Below the pieces are notes generated by a model. It worked only from the letters and a program-made list of their open reading frames with translations, did not search any database and was not told where the DNA came from. A program made the position numbers and the translations under genes. 64,000 nucleotides of DNA from Octopus vulgaris. Its lineage: Eukaryota. Shown here in pieces: positions 27,741 to 42,060 of the stretch (position 1 is the stretch's first letter; every line of letters begins with the position of its first letter). The stretch lies in contig OX597815.1 in assembly GCA_951406725.2 (NCBI GenBank), forward strand, positions 90,582,001 through 90,646,000. The letters are read 5' to 3'.

Positions 27741-28240
27741 ATATAAGCCATGTAGATAGTATCGATGTGAGTACAGTGCCAGAAATAAGTGGATATTCAA
27801 TACAGTCAGAGATATACGTACAGAATTGAAAGCCAAAGATAAAAGTTTCTAATACGGTGGAGGATATCGTGTTTAAAATTGAAAGTACACCCCGAAGACA
27901 CTTGTTTTCGTCTTTGTATATTGATATCAATTCGTGTCATTTCTTCAAGTTCTAAATGCCTGCATGAGGGTGTTACGCGTTTCAACCGTGTCCATATGTA
28001 TAGTTTTCAGTCATTTGCTTACGTTGGAGAAGAGTAAATTGATATTAATGATTCTGTCCCCCTGCAAGTTAAAGATATTATAAACTTGTATAGAAAAGGC
28101 TGTTTCTAACTGTATTCTTGCAGCACAAGTGGAAACTATTATATTTAGCTTTCAATTCCGCACGTATGTCTCTAACTGTATTGAATATCCACTTATTTCT
28201 GGCACCCTTCTCACATTGATACTATCTACATAGTTTATAT
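27741..28240. mobile_element. MITE-like element with ~105-bp inverted arms
   Basis: ATGTAGATAGTATCGATGTGAG..GTGCCAGAAATAAGTGGATATTCAATACAGT versus ACTGTATTGAATATCCACTTATTTCTGGCAC..CTCACATTGATACTATCTACAT. Confidence 0.85.
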
Positions 28241-30675
28241 CATACTGAACTACTGAAGTTAGGCTTGTAACATATTTGTAACTATGATCGATACGCAGTA
28301 TTTCCAAAATTTTATTCATCAGTTTCCTACGTTAAAACACATTTATTCTGTCGTCAAGACATGAACCTTGTATTAAACTGTCCTTTTACCACTCCAAAGC
28401 AGTGGTATTTCAACTTAATTATCTGAAATTCTCTGAACTGTAACCTTACTACGCTTGGTAATAAACTGTGCTTTCTTCTTAATTCATCCGAGAGTAATAC
28501 ATTCAGGTAGTTTTTCCATACTCTTCTGCGATTATTGCCCACGACTCCGAATTTTCAAAGGAGTTAACTCGCAGATGTTGCAGTTACTAATATTGAATAC
28601 AAATGAAGAAGCTTAACTTACGTGAATTGTACAGTTTGGAAACTCTTTACCCTCTAAATACCCGATCATCTTTTTCTTCTTCTTTGGCTCCTTGCAAACA
28701 TAATCTTTCGGAATTTTACCGGATGTTCTTTGCTGCTATGGCTCTGTCAAGTTGGTTCAATAAGCAAAAGCAAAAACGTAGCTGTGTTTTCGGCATACAC
28801 TACGTTCCCGTTTTGCTTATGAATTCGCGTTGCTAGCACAATGGATGCGTCCAAACTTTAAAAATTTTGCATGATCAGATTTTTATTGTATAAAATCGAA
28901 TCCAATTATTTCAGTGAAGACGATCAGTGGAGAAAGCATTTTCTTTTTCTTGCATGTCTTGTATCTTAGGAAACTGAGTGATTGAATTCTACTTCAGTTT
29001 ATTTCTCAGTACATCTTTCACATTTACTCTTTTAAAGTCTCCCATCCTTTCTCTCTTTCTGCATATTTTTATTACAATGTTTACAATGTATCAAAACAAG
29101 AGCGTATGTCACACTGACAATAAGGGCCACTTCTAGCTTTGCGAGGAATGGTCTTATCTTTCGCATCACAAATCTTTTAAGATAATGTGCAACCACATAA
29201 ACAACCACTCCCCATTGAACTTTATTCTTTGACGCTGCTCAATGAATAATGTTATGGGCATTATACAGTCAAGTATACTATGGTTTTCTTTTCAGGTATT
29301 GCACAAAGTGGTTCCTTGTTTATATATTCATAAACATAGCATGCACTATTTATTTCTGTAAAAATGTTATGAAACCAGCAACCTAGACATTTCCCGCTAG
29401 CAGCCACATCCACAAATAAAGCCTATAAAATCATATACACTGTATCGTGATAACATTGCTACATTCAAAGCACTAATATGAGCGCAAATAAAGATATCGT
29501 TCAAAATAAAATAAAGCCACAATAAGGAGAACCTACCAATATCTACTAATAGATTCATTTAATTAATTCATGCTTTACCAAATTTCAGTAAGACTTTATG
29601 ACAAATATGAGTATAACATATACGCACACAACATTTATACATACTTTGAGACACAAGCAGATAGATAGATTGAAAATATATTTTTTAGGGGGGAGCATTT
29701 TTTTCCGATTTTAGATTCCGTGATGAGTGTTAGCGCGGAAAAATTTGTGAATGGACATCAAAATAACTGGTGTAAAATCTTAGAAATTTGCACCAATATC
29801 TTCTGTCTCCACAAAGCATCGAAAAATGGGAAACGTGTCAAAAACACGCTTCTATTTATTTACTTTAGCATATAAAACAGATTTTGTGTGAATCTCTGTT
29901 TGACTGTGAAAGTGTGTGGCGTGTGTGTGTGTTCCTTATGGATTCCAAACCTGAGTAGCTGAATTTAATGTGAGAGGTATCAAATGATTCAGTAATCTTT
30001 CCACTACCAAATAAAGTACATTATTTGCACAACTCTTTTTATACTACAAAAATAACCTCGGAGACGAAGTCGGGTCAACCGATTTGGAGGTATTTAGCTA
30101 AAGGAAGGCAAATCTGCCTGAACAGTATTTATGTAAATCTACTGTAAATACGTGTCTTTCTTCTGATGAAAGGGTGTCTTTTAAGAGAGATTTGACTGTT
30201 ATATGTATCAGCTCAAGTTACCACACATACATTTCTGGATGTGTTTTGTGGTGGTGAAAAAAATAATTTTTTCTCAGAATGTTTTGCACAATATTTTTTT
30301 AAGAAATCTGGAAATGTTTCTTAATTTTAACCATTCAACTTCAATTTGCAATTCTTAATTGTTGGAAGTCAGGTAGACTGAGATGTAAATATAGTGTTAT
30401 CGTATAGAGTGGAAGTTCAATACGAAGTTTTGAACTCATTATCTTGTGGTTAGTAATCCACTACCTTAAATTTGTCTTTAAACATTATCTTACTGGCTTT
30501 AGTCTATCGACTTTCGCCATGATGGGGTATTACCTTCAAAGATTTAATTGATCACACTGACCGCAGTACGTATTTTAAAATGGTATTTATTTTATAGACC
30601 TCTGCCTGATGAATTGCCTATGGGACACATTATTCGATTTAACAACAAATGTAAGCACGCACACACACACATATT

Positions 30676-30826
30676 AGGTGCAAGAATGATTGTGTGGTTG
30701 AGACGTTTGCTTCCCAACGACATGGTTCCACGTTCCGTCTCACTGTATGGTACCTTAGACAAGTGTTTTCTACTATATTCCTAGGCAAGCCACAGACTAT
30801 GACGGAATTTGGTAGACGGAAATTGC
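30676..30826 (+). mobile_element. SINE family A, partial and diverged
   Basis: TGTGTGGTTGAGACGTTTGCTTCCCAAC..CATGGTTCC...TTTGGTAGACGGAAATTG. Confidence 0.7.
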
Positions 30827-31383
30827 AGCGTTGTTCATCAGAAAATGACCGAAAAACATGTTTATAAAGATGAGTTATTAGCTTCGGACTCGTCGTGTGC
30901 CGATTTTTCCCATAAGAAAGGAACAAATAATACAATGTAATTGTATGTCATAACACCCGGGCAACGCCGGTGTGCATTGCTACTTAGCTATAAAATACAG
31001 TTTTCATTGCATCTTCTTCTGGTAGCTTTTAAATGACTGATGAAATTACTCTAAAATACAACTTAAACAAGTTTTTTTTTCTGTGACTTCATTCTCCGCA
31101 TCCACAAATGCCTTAAGTTATATAAAAATATCATAAATATTGTAATTTATCAAATTCAGAAAATTTTTCCTGTAGTTGTCAATTACAGTACAATCCTGTC
31201 CTTTCTTGTGGAGACAGAAGATAAAGTCAGAAAAAACATCTTGAAGTCGTATTTTAGAGTAATTTCATTACATTCATTTAAAAGCTACCCGAAGAAGATA
31301 CAATGAAAACTCTATTTTAAAGTTAATAAATAGGTGTGTGTGTGGGTGGGGATATATATTTGTGTGTATATATATATGTGTAC

Positions 31384-31795
31384 AGGAGTGGCTGTGTGGT
31401 ACGTAGCTTGCTAACCAACCACATGGTTCCGGGTTTAGTCCCACTTCGTGGCATCTTGGGCAAGTGTCTTCTGCTATAGCCTCGGGTCGACCAAAGCCTT
31501 GTGAGTGGATTTGGTAGACGGAAACTGAAAGAAGCCCGTCGTATATATGTATATATATGTATGTGTGTGTATATGTTTGTGTGTCTGTGTTTGTCCCTCT
31601 AGCATTGCTTGACAACCGATGCTGGTGTGTTTACGTCCCCGTCACATAGGGGTTCGGCAAAAGAGACCGATAGAATAAGTACTAGGCTTACAAAGAATAA
31701 GTCCCGGGGTCGATTTGCTCGACTAAAGGCGGTGCTCCAGCATGGCCACAGCCAAATGACTGAAACAAGTGAAAGAGCAAAAGAGTAAAAGAGTA
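31384..31795 (+). mobile_element. tRNA-derived SINE family A, full length
   Basis: A box GTGGCTGTGTGGT, B-box-like GGTTTAGTCCC, CORE-like CTTGGGCAAGTGTCTT, internal TA/TG tract and AAAAGAGT tail. Confidence 0.92.
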
Positions 31796-31849
31796 TGTGT
31801 TTATATATACGTATGTATGATTAGAGACAAACAATACTGGTTTCAAATA

Positions 31850-32033
31850 TTTACACAAGGCCAGCAAGCTCGGTGTAGGAGGAGAAGGAAGTGCCCAACT
31901 GGTACTTACAATTATCGATCCCGGAAAGTTGAAAGTCAAAATCGGCAGGATTTGAACTCAGAACGTAGAGAGGGTCGAAATGCGGCTAAGTATTTTTTCC
32001 TCAGTGCTAATGATCTTTCCAGCTTGTCGCCTT
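31850..32033 (-). mobile_element. SINE family B, diverged
   Basis: TTTGAACTCAGAACGTAG...CCAGCTTGTCGCC. Confidence 0.7.
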
Positions 32034-32269
32034 GTCAAGCAATACTAACAGCAGCCCTGTCTGGTTAAGTATATATTTCTGAATACCATCAGTTTACATT
32101 AAACAAGCTTGTACACTTTTTCCATTACATATACACTTATTTTGCTTATATCAACCTGTATTCAGAAACCATTACTCTGTAATTGTTACCTGCTATTGTT
32201 TCTCTTATTTTGTGGAATGTTGCATATTTATTTCGATATTTTATTCACATTGAATTAAATTAAATTGAA

Positions 32270-34230
32270 TTAAATTGCAAAATGATAAAGAATTGTCAAT
32301 TAAAGTAGCCGATAAAGGAAGTACTGTAGTGCTGATAAACGCAGAATACTGCAAAAAGCTAGTGATGTCCACGTTAGAAAATGATTACTTCTACGAAAAG
32401 ATTGAAAATTATGAACAACTGAAAATAATGCAAAATCTTTAATCCTTGTCTCTGCTACACGGAAAAGATCTGACAGACAAAGAAATCGACTGCATAACAA
32501 ATTTTACTTGTAAACTTAATTTTTCTATGGTTTACCAAAAATCCACAAAAGCCAGATAATTAATGAATCTGCAAAGTATCATTAAATATATATATTAATA
32601 TCCAATCACCGCGAGACTTAAAATTAAGTAATTTTCTTGACATCATGCTGAAATCGCTTTTGAAATATATCAAAAGCTTCATCTAGATATGCTAACCCAC
32701 ATCTCAAAATACAATCATGTATACTAATATCCTGCATCACTATGGAATAGAAATACTTAAATTCAGATTTGTGGAATTGCGATGGGAACAAAAGCAGCCC
32801 CGGCACTTGTAAACCTAGTAATGGGTTATTTAGAATCGACTGTATACCAAGTATCACTTGAAAAATATGGATAATCCTTTTATCAACATATAAGGGAGAA
32901 CTGGAAAAAGATATCTAGGTGGCTGTTTTGTCATTTGGAAAGAAAGTAGTGGTGAACTATTTGAATTTAAAAACTTGGTCAATAATGTAAAAACTAGCAA
33001 ACAGTTCACAAAGGAATACAACAAATAAAAACTTTTATTTCTTGATATTTTAATTAAAAACTCACCAATCAAATTGAAACCGAACGTCGATTATAAACCC
33101 ACAGATTCGAAGCAAAAATCTTCTATTCAATTCTTGCCACCCGAAACGCATTAAATAAGTATCCCATGCAATTTACCGAAAAGGATTTGCACAATAATAT
33201 ATGCTAAAAAATATTCGAGACCTACGACTTTATGAATTGAAAACCATACACGTCGAGAGACACTATCTACCTAAGCTATTTGATGGCGGGATAAATATTG
33301 CCAAGATGAGTAATATCTGGATACATAAAACGAATTAAGAAACCCGTTTTAGAAATACTGCCCAATATATCTACCCACAACCCAAGAATCAATGAGGCAT
33401 ATAACACTATTATTCAAATTTTACCTATGGTCACTAAGATGAATCAAATTCCCCGAACACTCAAATACATTAACGATAAAATCACAACGAAGATCACAAA
33501 GAATACTGACATGTGTAAAACTATACTCAACGCAACCGAACGTAATGCGGGCAACCTAACTATGGAAATTGTCCCAGCGTACTGGAGGGTTCAGAATTCT
33601 ATCTTAAACAAGGACAAATTGAAAATTAAGTTTACGTGTGTATACGAAAACTTTATCTACATCATAACTTATTCGGGATATGAACACAACTATACAGAGT
33701 AAACAAACAAGAATGTCTGTTAGATATTCCCCGTTTCTCTCAGACATTCTCCGTGTCCCGAGATATAGACAACTACCACTACGCGAAAACATAGTGAGAT
33801 GTGCAGGAAATCTCCAACAAACCTTCAAAATTGCACTCAATGTGCAATAAAACAACTTCTGTGCAACAACAACTAAACAAAGTGACTACATTTATTGAAA
33901 ATATCTCCCACGCTTTATTTCAAATATATAACCAATTTTGGATTATGTAAATATTTTAGTTCATTAATATATATCTTTTTTAATTTACGTATAATGAATT
34001 TACCTTAAAAAATATGGCTATTAACTTCCCTAAAATTTATTTAATTTCCGATTCAGCTACGAAATATCGGTTTGCCTCCTAGCAAGAAGTGAAAACTTAT
34101 GAGAGCACGAAATTATAAGACTATCACTAACTACTCAAAAACTATAAGTATAAGCGAAACAGGTCGACTATGAAAATATTTTATTTCATATACATATATT
34201 TTAAATAAAAATGGTTGAGCTATTTTATAG
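32270..34230 (+). mobile_element. Decayed Penelope-like retroelement (RT + GIY-YIG + tail)
   Basis: ADKGSTVVLI, FYGLPKIHK, YTNI, GIAMGTKAAP, WKRYLGGCFVIW, YKPTDSKQ, FTCVYENFIYII. A half-hammerhead GAAACAGGTC lies at ~34156. Confidence 0.85.
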
Positions 34231-34554
34231 TAAATGAAAATTGTTGGGCTATTTTCAGAAATGTTGTACACATTTCCCAGGGATTTTTACATTTCAGTTA
34301 TCATCATCATCATTACCATCTCCTTTATTGTTGTTGCTGTTGTTGCTGTTGGTGGTGGTCGTGGTGGTATGGGAGGTAGGAGTAGCTGCGGTAATAGAAC
34401 TTTAAACCCCAAAATAAGATAATTTTTACTGACTTTCTCTTGACTTAGCTAGTATTTACCTGCTATCATCATAATGAGTACCTTTAGTAGTGTTGTTGTA
34501 AGTGTAGTGGTCGTAGCAATAGAAATAGTACCTCTAAGAATTAGTATTATTGTT

Positions 34555-35522
34555 TATTTAGCTTGGGTTGGGCTTTATTGATAAAGTTCTTTTCCCTGAT
34601 TTTTCTTTCGATTTCACTTGCACTGTGTAGTTTATAGAATGGAAATATTATAAATATTTCCGACCGCATGTTGCTAGATGGTTACTCAAAGATATCTGAC
34701 GGACATCTGGGTCTCTAATTTGCTGTCGGTGCACGCACGAACATTCTGATAGTGCATTTTCAGTCTGACCTACATATAGTTCTTCACAATTTGGATATTT
34801 GATGCAGTAAATTAAATTTCGGCTTTTGCACTTCATATTTGCGTATGTGAATATTTTCCGGTTTTTGTGTTCATATATTGACCGGTATGTATAACTTGAC
34901 ATGTGCCAAACCGGCTATCATTGCATTTCGATACAGTGAATGATTGGAATTTTTTTTTCAAGTTTTTAGGCTGTATTTTACTAAGAACCATAGCTCGATC
35001 TGTGATTATATATTTTAATTCATTACTTTGAGCAATGATTGGTAGATTTGCTTTGGTAATGTTGAAGATATTCTGGTGACATGGGTTGTGTCACTATAGA
35101 TGGTATGACTTGTTCCTGTACTCCTCTTCTTTTGGTTGTATAGCTACTTTTATAGCCCGCTGTATGCCATTTTCTATAAGTAGAGACTGGTATCTTTTTT
35201 AGCAAATGTTCCCTTCGTTCTCTTAGGCGTTTGTTCCTGATATTTGCATCTTTTACAATGGTACAAATTCTTCTGGCTAGGCAGTATGGGATGTTGCGTT
35301 TTGTATGTGGATGGCATGACTTAAAATTCAGGTATTGATGTGTGTCCGTGTGTTTGTAGTATATATCAGTGGTAATGGTGGTATCCTTTTTAATTACCAT
35401 TATATCTAGAAATAGTAATTTAGTATTAATCATCTCCTTTCAAAATTGCAGAGATGGGTATAGATTGTTCATGAGGATATTGAACTCTTCCAGAGTATTT
35501 AGAGATACTGCCCAGATTATGA
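34555..35522 (-). mobile_element. Decayed, 5'-truncated Penelope-like retroelement
   Basis: LLFLDIMV..TDIYYKHTDTHQYLNFKSCHP..NIPYCLARRICTIV; CKSRNLIYCIK.PNCEELYVGQT..HRQQIR. Confidence 0.88.
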
Positions 35523-37531
35523 ATCTTGGAGAATAACTACTTCATCTTCAAAGACAACTTATAACGACAAAAATCGGGGGCTACGATGGGTACGAGATTG
35601 GGCCCCTCCTTTGCTAACCAATCATGGGATAGCTATAAATTAGTCTTCATCGTAAGGTTCTAGAGAAATACGGCAGCCCATTCTCACTCTACATAGAAAA
35701 TAACTACAAGAGGTACCTGGATGACTGTTTAATTTTTTGGCATGACAGTATAGAGAGACAAAGAATTCCAAGGACTTATAAATGGACTTGACGTAAACAT
35801 TCAATTCACGATGGAATATAGCCATCAACAACTTCCCTTCCTCGACATCCTCATTAAGAAATCTAACAACGTAATAGAAACAGATATATATACTATAAGC
35901 CCACGCACTCCAAGCAATATCTACCGATTAACACATGCCACCCCAGACACACCAGAATGAATATCCTCTTCAGCCTAGCAAAAAGGATATGTGCTATAGT
36001 TTCTAATGCAAGCACCAGAAACACATGACTACATGAACTAAAGGATACTCTCATTACCAGTAATTACCTACCTTCAGGAATTGATATATGCTTTCAACGT
36101 GCCCTACAACTCAACATCGACGAACTCAGACATCCCAAATTAAAGAAGGATTTACAACCAAAAGCCCTTCCATACATTTCCACACACAACTCTCTTAACA
36201 ATGAAGCCTTCGACACCATCCTTCAAAACATTCCCCTGCTAAAAATGGACCACAAAATGAACTTAATCCTCCAAACACACACCATCATAAATAGAGACAA
36301 CCCAAATCTATGGAAAGTCTCCTAACACAAGCCCGAATACGCTCAGCAACAACGCAGAAGCCATCAATAAAAAGAATGCGGAAAACCCAACTGTGGGGTG
36401 TGCGCCAATTCAGTTGAGGGATCAGAGTTATCCTTCAAAATGGGACGTTTCACAGTGAAAAGCAGCTTCACATGTGCTTCGGAGAACCCGATATAGGCAC
36501 TAACTTGCTCTGGGTCTCAAGATCAATACATAGGCCAAAAAAAACAGCTTGCGTCAAAGGATGGCTCTGCACAGATCCCAGATCAAAATTCCCAGGAAAA
36601 TAAAAGTAGCATTCAGTCAACACATCGACATTTGCGCCAATAACAAAAATACAAGCTTCAGAATTTTCCCCTCTATCAATTCAGGGACGATACAACCTGT
36701 AGTCAATGAATTAATAAAGAGAATCTCTTTATTACAAAATACAGACCCCTTTTGAACGCATCTACAACAAACGACATATCCACCACGGCCTTAGAATAAC
36801 ACAAGCACAGACGCAAATATCAAAAATGATACACTCAAGAAATTCCCAAGAATTCATTAAAAAACAGTCCCAATCACTGCTATACTCCACAACGAACCAC
36901 TTTTGACCATTTAACATGCTACTACTATCATACCATCTGCATTCCTTTATTATTCTCTCTTCTCTTTCTCTTTCTTCTTCCTCGTCTTCATCCTCTCCGC
37001 CACCTCCTTCCTAACTTTACTACTATTGCTGCTTAGAATAACACCTACGCAAATTTTATAAACAATACATTGAAAAGTGATGTCTGAAGAATTCAATCAC
37101 TACTACCATCCACAACAATTCTCTTTCAGGGCACTTGACCATTTAACATCCTACAACTATCATGACACTCCCGCATTCTCCTCGTCTTCCTCCTCTTCCT
37201 CCTTCTACTTTTTCTTCTTCTTCTTCTTCTTCTTCTTCTTCTTCTTCTTCTTCTTCTTCTTCTTCTTCTTCTTCTTCTTCTTCTTCTTCTTCTTCTTCTC
37301 CTCCTCCTCCTTCTTCTTCTCTGCCAACAATTCGCAAGAGACTGGCAGAAACAAAGGAAATGCCCCTTGTATTTGAATACTATGCAAATATTCTCTTTAA
37401 AATCTATTCTTTTAATTTTTCCAAAATATAATCGTTTTCTATGCTTACAGTTGAATAAGTCTCAGTGACTGAAACTGGTACTGAAATGTTTGTTATAAAA
37501 TTATTTTAGCATTTTCTACCTTGACTTTTTC

Positions 37532-37533
<2 letters not shown>
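35523..37533 (+). mobile_element. Decayed, 5'-truncated Penelope-like retroelement with tail
   Basis: GATMGT..GPSFAN, YKRYLDDC, IQFTMEYSHQQLPFLDILI, CGKPNCGVC, DQYIGQ, RQRMALH. A degenerate hammerhead lies at 37448-37483. Confidence 0.88.
37210..37320. repeat. (CTT)n microsatellite
   Basis: Directly visible. Confidence 0.97.
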
Positions 37534-37622
<89 letters not shown>

Positions 37623-38704
37623 TGTATGTATATATATATAAATTCAACCTAATACTTCCAACAATTGTAATACCTCTGCAGTGTACTTACAGTGTATCTC
37701 ACGAACGGTACTAGTAGGGAAAGTCTTATACAGTAAATATTCATATAGAAGAAAGCAACTTTTCCCATGTGAAAACAGCCAAAGAGTGCTTTCACCAATT
37801 CATTCAGTTCTTGTTACATGTCGCTCCAAATAGAAAACACCAAAAGTCGAAAGACAATCATTACAGTTCGTATTATACTGAGTAGCTTACTTATTCACAT
37901 GGCAAATATTCAGCATGATTTTCATGCCGTTGAATATTTACAGTATCATTCTCATTTATTAAGATTACTATAATACAAAGGATATTTTTTATCGTACGTT
38001 GCATTCTATTTTGAAAGAAATCTTCACGATAAACCAGAGCAGCTAATGTTTCCTCTTGACATTTTTCTAATGCGTCCAAATCACTTTGATATCAAGAACT
38101 CATGCAAACAAATTATATTATGCATCCATTTTACTTCCTGCATTTCACCACATCTCTTCTATCTACTACAGTTGGGGAATTCGAAGAAATATTGCGACAG
38201 GATGCATTTTCAATAATGAAATCCGTTTGGGTATGAGATTCGATGAAGGCAATGCATATTTGTGAGTTGAACTTGACTTTGAATGTAATATAGATATCTA
38301 TAAGATGTAGTGCCATGTATGAATCTATGTCTACCCACGGGATAAGAAGGAATGAAGGAGTGAAGTATTTCATGATTACAAACCAAAGGGGAGACATATA
38401 TTACATTTGATTAGAATAAACTTGATGTGTATACCGTGACTAAAATGCATAAAATAAAAAGAAAATCATAATTTGCTTTGAGTTAGATACTACAAATTTT
38501 CCAAACTTCTTATCGTTTCTGATATGAAAGACATCGTTTTTTTTAATTAAAATATCTCTGATTATAAAATATCTCCATTAGAATATTTTTCTTATTTTCA
38601 TATTAAAATTGGATATTGAAATGTGTTATTAAAATATATTTTTATCAAAGTATATTATGTATTAGACTTATAAATCACTTAGTCATATACACACACACAC
38701 GCAC

Positions 38705-38797
<93 letters not shown>

Positions 38798-40623
38798 CAC
38801 CAATCTTATATAAAAAAAATAACTAATTCCTTTCTGACGTTTTTGCAATTAATAAGACGTTTATTGTCTACAGGCAAATTAAAACTGCCTCGCTAATGAC
38901 ACGTAATTCACTAACTGTGAATGGCTATTTGTGCAAGGAATATTAGCGTGTAGTCTCATCAATGGCATCTGAACAATGTCAAATGATAGAAATTTTAAAT
39001 AAAATATTGGAATTCATTCTACGATGTGGTACTAAATTGGATTACATCTGGTAATGTTTATACTTTACGAATGTTCTTTTTTCATAATCATTTAGTTCCT
39101 ACTTTATGAATAAATATTTGTATATATGCTAGCTTCATTATAGGTATGTGCTTCTTTGGTGGGGAAAAGTGTATATGCATGTGTTAGAGTGTGTGCGTGA
39201 CTTTTATGAGAGCGTATCAGCATATGTGTGTATATTGTATACACGTAAGAGACGTGTATTTATATGTGAATATTATTCGCATATACATTCCTATACTGCT
39301 TGGTGTATAGGCTCGATGCTTAGCACTTAAACACGTATACACATGTGTGTGTATATATAGATGCAATATATATACGCACACACATATATTAATCTAAGTG
39401 TACTGTATTTTAAATCAGCTTACCATTCGGGTTTGCATTGGATTTCGGATAATACTTCGTGGTGCTATTAAACTGTGTTGTTATCTAATATACGGATATT
39501 TCCAACACAGTATGAAGCTGAGTGGTAGGATCGGCTGAAATGGATCTATAATACTCTACACTTCAATTATTATACCTACTCTAAATAAAAAATATATGGA
39601 TGCATATTTATATGACTTTGTGATCTCTCTGTCTCTCTGTCAGTCTCTCTCTCTCTCTCTCTTCCTATATATATATATGAGCATGTACAATGAGTGACAA
39701 GGATCTGCTATTGGATATAATCTACATCTCAGAAATGTTTAGATACAGTTTCCGTCTTCCGAATTTCGCTAAGCAATTTGTTATTCGAACAGAAGGTACA
39801 GAAAATAGCATTTGCCTATGATCTCAAGGCCCCCACTCGTTGGGATAAGACAGGAAACCTTGCATTTATGAAGTAAGACCTTTGAACGTTTCGCTATACA
39901 GCCTGATAGGCAAATATTTATTTAAGAATTCCATTTGACTCAGTGAAAACTTAGAGATTCGGTATCACTGTTTGAGTACGTTGCGTATTTGCCTTCTAAA
40001 CCCATCGATATAAGACTGTAACGGAAAATTTTAAATTCAACGAGGTCTCGTAGACATAAAAGACCTGAACACCTAATGTGTGCACGCGAAGAACAAGAAA
40101 ACTTACTGGCAGGTAAAAATTAATTAAATAGCATCATGACATGTTAGTTAACCGTAATAACAAAATTCTAAAGAATTTAAGTATTACAGAGCTAGGTACT
40201 TAGACAACAGTTCAGTACTATACTTTCATCCAATATGCTATACATTGCTCTTATATCAGTAGGTGGCAAATTGTAATGCACCGCACAGATTAACCATTTA
40301 ACTCCATATACTTTCCAGCGAATAAACTCACTGCCATATACGTTACAATTTAATTGATTTTGTTCAATGCATTCCGTGCCCATCCCGGGAAAACTAATTT
40401 ACAAAGACTTGGCTTATTGGCATGACATTATAAAAATTTGTTCATCTAGTGACGAAAATACTCTTATTTTAATTTCAATATGGAGGTCATTAATTAGTAA
40501 TTAGATATATATTACTTTTAAAGTTGTAATGTAGAGTACTAATATTCAAGTATCTTCGTGTGTGTTGTGTGTATGTGTCTCTTTCTCTCTCACACACATT
40601 CTCTCTCTCTCCCTCTCTCTCCC

Positions 40624-40695
<72 letters not shown>

Positions 40696-41093
40696 GTTTG
40701 TGTATGTTTGTCTATACCAAAATACACACATGTAACGCATGTACAGAAAATAACACTCACTCATTTATTACATTACAAGTCATCGCATATTGCGTGATGA
40801 ATGCAAACGTTATCGAATTGACTTCGTGCAAACATCACAGCATCATGAAACATAGGAACTGCTGTTAGTTTGTCGATAGTATGATTCTGGCCTCAAGTCT
40901 GTTATATAATGTAAACTATTTTACACTTGGTAGGCAATCATTGATGATTTGATAGTGTTTGTATATATTTCGTTGTACAGCAACTATTGTTGTAACCGAA
41001 ACTCTTGTAAGAGCATAAAGAATCAACAAAAATTTATCTCTCGTTTTCAGTACGCGCATACGCCTGTAAATGATTACTCATATATATATGTAT

Positions 41094-41183
<90 letters not shown>

Positions 41184-41260
41184 ATATATATATATATATA
41201 TATATATACATACATACATACACACACACATATATATATATATATGCATGAGTATACATA

Positions 41261-41292
<32 letters not shown>

Positions 41293-42060
41293 CAAAATTA
41301 ACGGAATGGAGTGGATAAAATCCAGGCTACATATGTTTCATACCTAGCGAAAATTATCCAAAAGACGGGTGGACCGTAAGCTACTCTTTAGGTCAAGGAG
41401 AACGTGATTATATGAAGTTCACATTGCCGTTGGGAGATCCCGTATTAAGTCGTTGGGAGATTCGATCGAAATGCGTAAAACGTACAATTTGAGGAAATCA
41501 TATTTGTGAAGAAGTAAAATTAAAAGGAAATATACATATGGGTTCGGAGTAGGAGGGTTTGATGATTCAGGCTTTTAGAGTTGGTTGTGAGATCGTCAAT
41601 AGATAAGAAGGCTTTCCATCGCATTTGCCGAATCAGTTCTTTATCTGCCTCTGTTTGCCAGTGGGCTTAGATGTTTAAATTCTTTCCTGTAGTATTAGTG
41701 TAAGTAAAATATGTATGTGAGTGTAGGTACATGTCTGCTTACACAGCGAACGTTTCCCAATGCTTATCGACCTGTCTTTTTTTACCCATGGTAAAGTATC
41801 TTTTGATGTATACATCGGATTATGCGTGTGGATATATATCCATTTTTCTCATTTGTACGTTGTTGGAAATCTGTCAATACAACTAAATTTGTATGTATCT
41901 CAGCACGTATATTTCTATTATCAGTATAATTTTGTCGGTTTAATCTATTACTCTGCTTGACATTTATTTCCAGTGCCGTTACACTGTCGCAAGCCTCTGT
42001 CTGCAGTTGGCATCATGTTTTTATTACTTATCAAGGAGTCTATTGTCTGTGGTTGATCAT
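41293..42060 (-). mobile_element. Very decayed PLE 3' end with a degenerate hammerhead (41325-41395)
   Basis: Minus strand CTAAAGA gtagctta...ctaggtat GAAACATATGTA. Weak Cys/GIY-YIG-like remnants lie upstream, and the unit ends in a TA tract. Confidence 0.45.

Noticed and set aside
30953-30985. Helitron 3' hairpin (CACCCGGGCAACGCCGGTGTG...GCTAC)
   Set aside because: Suggestive, but the terminal CTAG is imperfect and no 5' end could be defined.
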